In this document: positions 53,850 through 64,000 of the stretch, one piece after another
Numbering within the stretch: the stretch's first letter is position 1
Layout of the letters: each line of letters begins with the position of its first letter
Assembly (NCBI GenBank): GCA_965202585.1
Contig: OZ241834.1
Location: 25,978,001-26,042,000 of the forward strand
DNA length: 64,000 nucleotides
Direction: 5' to 3'
From: Thalia democratica
Lineage: Eukaryota
Notes under the pieces: generated by a model
Told to the model about the DNA's origin: nothing
The model's input: only the letters and a program-made list of their open reading frames with translations
Databases searched by the model: none
Translations under genes and position numbers: made by a program

Positions 53850-56800
53850 GATGAATGAATAATAAAGCGACCAAAACGATACTTGCAAGAGTTACTGACT
53901 GTGACGAATTGACTGTCGAGCAGTTATGCTTTGCAAGGTACCTTTTACTTCTTAGCATTTTTGCATTAGCATGTTTGTTTAACACATATATGCTTATAAA
54001 AACTTAGTTGTCTTATTACGAATGTTGAAAAAGTTCCAGTAAGAAAGAAACCATATCTAACTTGTTCTAAAAGTAATTTTTTTTAAAGCATTAGTTTGAA
54101 AAGTCCAGAAATAACAGCCTGTATCTTACAGCACACCTCTAAATACATTAAGAAAAACATAAATGAAACAAAACATGTTAACACACTCCCGACTGAGTTT
54201 TCCTTTGCCGCTCACCTAAAGTAATAAAGTTTTAACAAAGCACAAGGTTTTTTTTTACCTCAAACTTAAACAAAGTTTCATTATATCGATTTCATGGAGT
54301 TTTGTTAATCGTAAGTTCTATCAAGTATGTTCAAGTTAATTACAGTTTAAACTAATGTGTAAAAAGTAATTTCAAAAGAATAAAAGAGTTCATTTTGTTT
54401 AGCTTTACTAGTTATGATTACTCATAATCAATATACTCATAAGCAATGTACTCAAAACTTTTATTAAACAGACAACTAGATAACTTTGTTCTTGCACATA
54501 CTAGTAACTTACCTTACAACAATGTTTTCCAAACAACCTTTCAAAAACGTACTGTACAGTAACTATGATGATACTTGTTTGAAAGTTGTAAACTACGTTT
54601 AAACACAAATTTTATTTTCCAGTGTATATGAAAAACTAGTTTAACAGGTAAGTAGTTTAACATTCAATTGGTGTTTCAAACAACTGATTCAAGCTGTTAT
54701 ACAGTTTAAAAAATAACTGATGCGATTTTGCTCGTTAAACTTAAACCTTGATCAAACTAAGAACTTTAACTTTGCAGATTTCAACCGAATAAAGTGTGCT
54801 GATAAAAGTGAACAAATGGATTTGGTTGTAAATTTTTCAAACAAAATAAAGTTAATTAAATTCAAAGAAGTAAATAAGTCGAAAAAGCTTATGAACACTA
54901 GCACTAAATTTGAACTTAAACAAAAGCTGATATCTTTTGGATGAAAAATTTTACGTAAAAAAAGAGGTTGGTTTATTTTTTAAGCAGCATTATATACAAA
55001 ATAAAATCGAGTAAGAAAATCGAAATGAAAAAGTTTTGAAGTAAAATTGACAAACTTAGTGTTTGAATAAAGCTTTGTTTACAATCAGCACTCATAACCT
55101 TTCAATCTATCTTTGAAACTTTTTAACTGGAAAATAATGCAACTAGGTTTTTTTTTCAAACTTTGTTTTGTCACTTCTCATAAAGTTTTAAAGTCAGTCG
55201 AAACAACATAGATACTGACACATATTTTGAAACAACAACAGTACTGTTTTTTAAAGTTTACGATTGAAGTGTTTACCAAGTTAAACATGTGTTTTAACTG
55301 CTTTACTGCTAATAGTAATTTCCTAGTTTACTCAACCTAGATTAATCATAATGTTCTGTACCATTGATTTCATTGACTAAATGTTTTGCTTTTCGAAATT
55401 CGTAACTAGTTATCTCTAACTTACTGTTAATGTAGTTAAAAACACAGCTTAGGATAAGTTACATTTTATTCTCGGATGTCGTTAAGAACATAGCTGTTGT
55501 AGCAATAACATATAAACTTGAAGCAAAGTAACTGTTATCTTATTCAATTATAGACCATATAAAACAAAGTATTTGCTTGATTCAAAGTTTTACATTGTAG
55601 TTTGCCTATTATGGAACTTGTACTGTCACATAATAGGCTGTAAAAAAATGAAGGCTAAAAAAGTTTTTGTCTTGCTTTGTCCAATTTTTCTTCTTCTTTA
55701 CATTTATAAAAACTACACAGCTTAAAGCAACAAGTTACAGTAATTTTGCTTTCTTATGTATAGCGTACTTAAGGGTAACAAACAAGTGGTAACAAGTTTT
55801 TTACTTCTTTTCTTTGTACCATGTTTCAGCTAATCAATTGGTTTATTTCATATGCTTGACAAGATTAGAAAGCTTAAATCAAGTAAGTAGATGTAAGCTT
55901 TGTAAAATAAAAGATTTATTTATACAAGTTCATCATTTTATTAAGGTATTTTGTTTTGTAAATTGCGTACTTGTTAATAGCGTTCTCTTTCTTTTGAACA
56001 AACGATGTTGTTTACATTTATGTGTTACACCAGTTTTGAATTGCTAAGCATGTTTCAGTTGTAGTTTAATTGTAATTGAACAGTATTTTTTAAGGACACT
56101 AAACATTGTTTGTTATTAACAGTTTAAAACGTTTTCAGTTAATAAGTCAAAGTTTTATTTCTGTTTAAGCGTACTATTTTCATTGAAAAATAAAAATAGT
56201 TTTTACAGTGACGTAGGCACAGTTTTTTTTAATAAACTAAAAAACAAATGAAATATTGAATTAAAAAATGTCCACAAAGTAAGCATGAATAAGAATAAGT
56301 TTTATTTGGAAAAGAAAGTTAAAAGGAAAAAGGCCACGAAAAAGACACTCAAGTTAGTTAAAGCTTTTCACTAAGCATTCGACAATAGTAAGCAATAAAG
56401 TAAGGATTAGAGCAGTTATCTAGCTAGAGTTCCTTTCTTAACAGTTGCATAAAAAAAGTACAGTAGAGAAATTGTAGCGAGCTAGGTATTTAATAAATAA
56501 TGGGTTTATAGTTTGGAGGGAAATTGTTTTTTGATTCTTTTTCACCACAAAGTTGATTAAGTGTGTGTATTTGTGTTGTTGAGTTTAGTAGTCATTAGTA
56601 GCTTGTGTATTTAATTGGTGATCCACCTAATCTTTAGATTCAAAAAGTACATAGCTTAAAACAAACAAGTATCGTCGTTTTGAGTTGTCTCATACATAGT
56701 TTAAAAAAGAGTTACAAAAAATGGTAACAAGCTGTTCCATTTTTACCTTGGAATCATGTCGTTATTTGTCATAGCCACAGAAAAAATGAGTTCAACAAAA

Positions 56801-58355
56801 CAAGTATGAGCTTTGTAAGCAGAAAGATTATTTCAATTGTATGTTTGTTTTAAACAATCACTGTTGTTTACATTACTGTTCAACTTTTAAACAGTTTTTT
56901 ATTGTTTCATTTGCATTCTGATAAGTAAAACTAATACTTATTTGACAATCAGACCTTAAATAAATATCATTGAGCATTTTTAGTATCAAAGCAAAGTAAA
57001 TGTTTCTTCTCATTTAATATAATGTCTTATTTAAGCATAATTTTTTATTTAGTGACAGATTGATTTTTTTATTAAACTAACAACAAATATCTATTGAGTG
57101 TTTGAAAAACAAGTTTACAAAGTAAAATGAACTAGAATAAGTTTTGTTTAAACAATAAGTTAAACAAGAAAATTCCCATTAAAAAACATTTTTACCTAAC
57201 ATTTAAATACTAGTGAAGCAGAAAAACTTATTCTACATTATCAAAAGTAGTTTAAAATGTCAAGTAGAACTACAAAAACTAAAGTAAGTGTAACTAACTA
57301 GTAGAAACAAAAACAGAGAAATTCAGCTTTAGAAAGTTTATTTAGAAGTTATTGAAACACACTAACTGTTACTTTTTACCAACACGCACAATGTAGATAT
57401 AAATTTGTACATTTTTTTGTCGCTTAGTTTAAGCTTGTTTGACACTGTTTACTCGACATTAGTAGCTGCTTAAATCAACTGGTGGTCCTGATTACTTTAG
57501 ATATGTAGAAACATAACTTTCAACAAACTACTAGAGTTGTTAAAGGTCAGTAAGTTGTCTCATATCTAGTTAAAACAAGTACCTTTTACTTTGAAAACTA
57601 GAATAATAAATTACTTAAAAAAGTACAAGCAGTTACTTTTTTGTGTTTTACCAAGTTTCAACCAATGAGCTGGTTTGTTTTGTGTGTTTATGTTTTGAAT
57701 TGAAAATGTTTCTTGAATATGCTAAACAGAAGTTAGCTTTGAAAGAAGGAATATGTTATTTTACTTGAAAAACACATCTGTAATTTTTTGTCTTGAACAA
57801 CCATTTTTGTATTCATTTATGTATTCGTAACTTTTTAAAACGTGTTACATGGCTTCAATTGCAGTTAAGTTGATAAGAAGAACTCGTTTAAAAAGTTAAA
57901 GCTCGGTTGTGTTACTAATAATCAACAACAACTTAAAATAAAGTTACAACTAAGTTTTTGCATGTTATAAGTGATATACATTTTTGTTTAAAAAGATGAT
58001 ACTTTTTTGTAAGCACTTATTTATTGAATGTTTCAACAGAACTTCAGCAAATGAATAAAAACAAGTGTTTTGTACAAAAAGTATTCAGATGAAAAATCTT
58101 ACGGACAACAAAATCAAGTTAGTTAAACATCTTTTACAAACCATTTGATTACAAGCACTACTACTGTTTTTAGACTAATGCAATGCTTTTTCTACAATAT
58201 AACGAGTTACAAGTTTATAAAGTATTTGAAACAAAAAAAAAGTGTGTTCATTCAAGTATATGAGTTTTTAATTTACACAAATAAGAATTTATTTGTACTA
58301 AGCTTATATTCTTGTACTTTAAGTAAACATGAACAGCTGGTTCTATTCAAATGGT

Positions 58356-58371
58356 GGTCCTGAAAAGGACC
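58356..58371 (-). terminator. Histone 3' stem-loop (H2B)
   Basis: Repeat copy. Confidence 0.95.
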
Positions 58372-58384
58372 GGTTGTTTAGCGT

Positions 58385-58744
58385 TTATTTTGAGCTGGTG
58401 TATTTGGTAACAGCTTTAGTTCCTTCTGAAACTGCGTGCTTTGACAACTCGCCGGGGAGCAAGAGCCTGACAGCAGTTTGAATTTCGCGGCTGCTAACAG
58501 TTGACCTCTTGTTGTAATGAGCCAAACGTGAAGCCTCTGCTGCAATGCGCTCGAAGATGTCGTTGACAAATGAGTTCATGATTCCCATTGCCTTGCTGGA
58601 AATTCCGGTGTCGGGGTGCACTTGCTTCAAAACTTTGTACACATAGATGCCAAAGCTTTCTTTGTTCCTCCTCCTTCGCTTCTTCTTGCCGTCGACCGGA
58701 GCGGTCTTGGCTACTGACTTCTTCGCGCCTTTGGTTGCTGTCAT
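58385..58744 (-). CDS. H2B: Histone H2B
   Basis: Repeat copy. Confidence 0.96.
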   Translation of the reverse strand: MTATKGAKKSVAKTAPVDGKKKRRRRNKESFGIYVYKVLKQVHPDTGISSKAMGIMNSFVNDIFERIAAEASRLAHYNKRSTVSSREIQTAVRLLLPGELSKHAVSEGTKAVTKYTSSK

Positions 58745-58877
58745 GATGATGTGTGGACTTCTGTCTCGGCGCCAGTTTATATGCTGAAAAATTATGCAAA
58801 TTAGCATAGTTCCGTACGCGAACGATAGCTGGTTTCTCTCACTTCACAATTCTCTCGTTTGTTGTAAATATTTTGGT

Positions 58878-58893
58878 GGTCCTGAAAAGGACC
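58878..58893 (-). terminator. Histone 3' stem-loop (H2A)
   Basis: Repeat copy. Confidence 0.95.
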
Positions 58894-58908
58894 TGGTTTT
58901 TTTTTAAC

Positions 58909-59289
58909 TTAGGCTGACTTTTTTGAAGCGGTCTTCTTAGGCAATAGTACTGCCTGGATGTTTGGAAGAACACCACCTTGAGCAATTGTGACGCCTCCGA
59001 GAAGTTTGTTCAACTCTTCGTCGTTGCGAATAGCTAGTTGCAAATGGCGAGGAATGATCCTGCTTTTCTTGTTGTCACGAGCAGCGTTACCGGCAAGCTC
59101 GAGCACTTCTGCGCTCAAGTACTCGAGAACGGCAGCCAGATAAACTGGAGCACCAGCTCCGACTCTTTGGCTGTAGTTGCCGGTGCGCAACAGGCGGTGC
59201 ACGCGACCGACTGGAAACTGCAGTCCTGCACGGGAAGACCTGCTCTTCGGCTTAGATTTGAGTTTTGATCCTTTACCACGTCCTGACAT
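58909..59289 (-). CDS. H2A: Histone H2A
   Basis: Repeat copy. Confidence 0.97.
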   Translation of the reverse strand: MSGRGKGSKLKSKPKSRSSRAGLQFPVGRVHRLLRTGNYSQRVGAGAPVYLAAVLEYLSAEVLELAGNAARDNKKSRIIPRHLQLAIRNDEELNKLLGGVTIAQGGVLPNIQAVLLPKKTASKKSA

Positions 59290-59438
59290 TTTGTTGTTCG
59301 AATGATTGTGATGATAGCTTGCACAGCTCACTATAAAACTCATACCTAACCGCGTCGAACGAAAAACTAATTTGCATATGTCATAGCTAATGCTTAATCT
59401 TGTCAAAAGTGTTGTAAAACTTTTATATTGAATTAGGT

Positions 59439-59454
59439 GGTCCTAAAAAGGACC
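59439..59454 (-). terminator. Histone 3' stem-loop (H4)
   Basis: Repeat copy. Confidence 0.95.
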
Positions 59455-59471
59455 GGGTTTGCTAAAAGCGA

Positions 59472-59819
<348 letters not shown>

Positions 59820-59940
59820 TTATATACAAGCTGTTACGGACGCGTACGGTTACTACTAACTAATTTGCATACTCAAAAAAGTCTCTTAACTTACATTTTT
59901 TCGTTCGGTTAAGTTTTTCTCACTGTCAAAGTTTTAAGGT

Positions 59941-59956
59941 GGCCCTGAAAAGGACC
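59941..59956 (-). terminator. Histone 3' stem-loop (H3)
   Basis: Repeat copy. Confidence 0.95.
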
Positions 59957-59971
59957 GGTTTTAGCTAACGC

Positions 59972-60463
<492 letters not shown>

Positions 60464-60530
60464 CTAATTTGCATATTTTCAACTTAGCATTGTTTTATGC
60501 ATTTCGAGTTGCGTTATATTTTGTTTGAGT

Positions 60531-60546
60531 GGTCCTGAAAAGGACC
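60531..60546 (-). terminator. Histone 3' stem-loop (H1)
   Basis: Repeat copy. Confidence 0.95.
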
Positions 60547-60563
60547 TTGGGTAAAAGAACAAC

Positions 60564-61124
60564 TTATTTTTTGCAGCTCTTCTTCTTGGATGCTTTTTTG
60601 GCTGCCGGCTTCTTCTTGGTTACTTTCTTCTTCTTGCTTGCAGCTTTTTTAGATGCTGCCTTCTTAGGAGCGCACTTTTTAGCAGGTCGCTTTTTGGCTG
60701 CTGGTTTTTTTGCAGCCTTCTTGGGAGCACACTTCTTTTTTGGTTTTTTAGCTGCGGCCTTCTTTGCTGCTGGCTTTTTAGCTACTTTCTTTGTCCTCTT
60801 CTTGGGCCCAGCAGCTGGCATTGGAGCAAGCTTGAACGAGCCAGAAGCGCCTTTTCCAGTTGTCTGGAGAAAAGCACCTTTGGTCACGCCGCTGGTAAGT
60901 GCTCTCTTCAAGTGAGAATTGGAAGCTGTGAGGTCAAGCTTGTAGGTGTCCGCAATAAACTTTTGTATCTTCTGGCGGGATGTACCTTTTCGTTCCTTCA
61001 TTGCTCCAAGGGCAGAGCTAATCATTTCCCTGTAAGTAGGGTGCTCTGCCTTCTTGGCGCTTGGTCTCTTGGAAGACCTGGCTGCGGCTGGCGCTGGTAC
61101 TGCTGCTACTGCTGTGGTAGACAT
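60564..61124 (-). CDS. H1: Histone H1, 186 aa
   Basis: Repeat copy. Confidence 0.96.
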   Translation of the reverse strand: MSTTAVAAVPAPAAARSSKRPSAKKAEHPTYREMISSALGAMKERKGTSRQKIQKFIADTYKLDLTASNSHLKRALTSGVTKGAFLQTTGKGASGSFKLAPMPAAGPKKRTKKVAKKPAAKKAAAKKPKKKCAPKKAAKKPAAKKRPAKKCAPKKAASKKAASKKKKVTKKKPAAKKASKKKSCKK

Positions 61125-64000
61125 GATGAATGAATAATAAAGCGACCAAAACGATACTTGCAAGAGTTACTGACTGTGACGAATTGACTGTCGAGCAGTT
61201 ATGCTTTGCAAGGTACCTTTTACTTCTTAGCATTTTTGCATTAGCATGTTTGTTTAACACATATATGCTTATAAAAACTTAGTTGTCTTATTACGAATGT
61301 TGAAAAAGTTCCAGTAAGAAAGAAACCATATCTAACTTGTTCTAAAAGTAATTTTTTTTAAAGCATTAGTTTGAAAAGTCCAGAAATAACAGCCTGTATC
61401 TTACAGCACACCTCTAAATACATTAAGAAAAACATAAATGAAACAAAACATGTTAACACACTCCCGACTGAGTTTTCCTTTGCCGCTCACCTAAAGTAAT
61501 AAAGTTTTAACAAAGCACAAGGTTTTTTTTTACCTCAAACTTAAACAAAGTTTCATTATATCGATTTCATGGAGTTTTGTTAATCGTAAGTTCTATCAAG
61601 TATGTTCAAGTTAATTACAGTTTAAACTAATGTGTAAAAAGTAATTTCAAAAGAATAAAAGAGTTCATTTTGTTTAGCTTTACTAGTTATGATTACTCAT
61701 AATCAATATACTCATAAGCAATGTACTCAAAACTTTTATTAAACAGACAACTAGATAACTTTGTTCTTGCACATACTAGTAACTTACCTTACAACAATGT
61801 TTTCCAAACAACCTTTCAAAAACGTACTGTACAGTAACTATGATGATACTTGTTTGAAAGTTGTAAACTACGTTTAAACACAAATTTTATTTTCCAGTGT
61901 ATATGAAAAACTAGTTTAACAGGTAAGTAGTTTAACATTCAATTGGTGTTTCAAACAACTGATTCAAGCTGTTATACAGTTTAAAAAATAACTGATGCGA
62001 TTTTGCTCGTTAAACTTAAACCTTGATCAAACTAAGAACTTTAACTTTGCAGATTTCAACCGAATAAAGTGTGCTGATAAAAGTGAACAAATGGATTTGG
62101 TTGTAAATTTTTCAAACAAAATAAAGTTAATTAAATTCAAAGAAGTAAATAAGTCGAAAAAGCTTATGAACACTAGCACTAAATTTGAACTTAAACAAAA
62201 GCTGATATCTTTTGGATGAAAAATTTTACGTAAAAAAAGAGGTTGGTTTATTTTTTAAGCAGCATTATATACAAAATAAAATCGAGTAAGAAAATCGAAA
62301 TGAAAAAGTTTTGAAGTAAAATTGACAAACTTAGTGTTTGAATAAAGCTTTGTTTACAATCAGCACTCATAACCTTTCAATCTATCTTTGAAACTTTTTA
62401 ACTGGAAAATAATGCAACTAGGTTTTTTTTTCAAACTTTGTTTTGTCACTTCTCATAAAGTTTTAAAGTCAGTCGAAACAACATAGATACTGACACATAT
62501 TTTGAAACAACAACAGTACTGTTTTTTAAAGTTTACGATTGAAGTGTTTACCAAGTTAAACATGTGTTTTAACTGCTTTACTGCTAATAGTAATTTCCTA
62601 GTTTACTCAACCTAGATTAATCATAATGTTCTGTACCATTGATTTCATTGACTAAATGTTTTGCTTTTCGAAATTCGTAACTAGTTATCTCTAACTTACT
62701 GTTAATGTAGTTAAAAACACAGCTTAGGATAAGTTACATTTTATTCTCGGATGTCGTTAAGAACATAGCTGTTGTAGCAATAACATATAAACTTGAAGCA
62801 AAGTAACTGTTATCTTATTCAATTATAGACCATATAAAACAAAGTATTTGCTTGATTCAAAGTTTTACATTGTAGTTTGCCTATTATGGAACTTGTACTG
62901 TCACATAATAGGCTGTAAAAAAATGAAGGCTAAAAAAGTTTTTGTCTTGCTTTGTCCAATTTTTCTTCTTCTTTACATTTATAAAAACTACACAGCTTAA
63001 AGCAACAAGTTACAGTAATTTTGCTTTCTTATGTATAGCGTACTTAAGGGTAACAAACAAGTGGTAACAAGTTTTTTACTTCTTTTCTTTGTACCATGTT
63101 TCAGCTAATCAATTGGTTTATTTCATATGCTTGACAAGATTAGAAAGCTTAAATCAAGTAAGTAGATGTAAGCTTTGTAAAATAAAAGATTTATTTATAC
63201 AAGTTCATCATTTTATTAAGGTATTTTGTTTTGTAAATTGCGTACTTGTTAATAGCGTTCTCTTTCTTTTGAACAAACGATGTTGTTTACATTTATGTGT
63301 TACACCAGTTTTGAATTGTTAAGCATGTTTCAGTTGTAGTTTAATTGTAATTGAACAGTATTTTTTAAGGACACTAAACATTGTTTGTTATTAACAGTTT
63401 AAAACGTTTTCAGTTAATAAGTCAAAGTTTTATTTCTGTTTAAGCGTACTATTTTCATTGAAAAATAAAAATAGTTTTTACAGTGACGTAGGCACAGTTT
63501 TTTTTAATAAACTAAAAAACAAATGAAATATTGAATTAAAAAATGTCCACAAAGTAAGCATGAATAAGAATAAGTTTTATTTGGAAAAGAAAGTTAAAAG
63601 GAAAAAGGCCACGAAAAAGACACTCAAGTTAGTTAAAGCTTTTCACTAAGCATTCGACAATAGTAAGCAATAAAGTAAGGATTAGAGCAGTTATCTAGCT
63701 AGAGTTCCTTTCTTAACAGTTGCATAAAAAAAGTACAGTAGAGAAATTGTAGCGAGCTAGGTATTTAATAAATAATGGGTTTATAGTTTGGAGGGAAATT
63801 GTTTTTTGATTCTTTTTCACCACAAAGTTGATTAAGTGTGTGTATTTGTGTTGTTGAGTTTAGTAGTCATTAGTAGCTTGTGTATTTAATTGGTGATCCA
63901 CCTAATCTTTAGATTCAAAAAGTACATAGCTTAAAACAAACAAGTATCGTCGTTTTGAGTTGTCTCATACATAGTTTAAAAAAGAGTTACAAAAAATGGT

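Overview
Metazoan replication-dependent histone gene cluster. The repeat unit is an intronless quintet H1-H3-H4-H2A-H2B, all on one strand. Each gene ends in a 16-nt histone stem-loop, and a ~4.5 kb AT-rich spacer separates quintets. Five complete units lie on + (1-38980; one 7560 bp unit, then 7255 bp units). After a 200-N gap (38981-39180) come three complete units plus a gap-truncated H1 on - (7275 bp period), so the two arrays appear convergent. Three sequence families of unit are distinguishable: A (first unit), B (units 2-5) and C (minus array). Features not explained by the gene models: (1) the spacer is a cryptic, heavily decayed ~870-bp tandem repeat phased on remnants of the stem-loop 3' arm, possibly fossil H2B 3' ends; (2) a 12-bp octamer-containing motif, TATGCAAATTAG, is identical in all four core-histone promoters; (3) H3 and H4 carry fixed non-canonical residues, and the H1 tail has cysteines and no S/TPxK sites; (4) there is an A/B recombinant spacer and a 152-bp triplication. 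I recognised no rRNA, tRNA, snRNA, transposon or CRISPR feature by eye. The organism cannot be assigned from this window. All alignments were done by eye.
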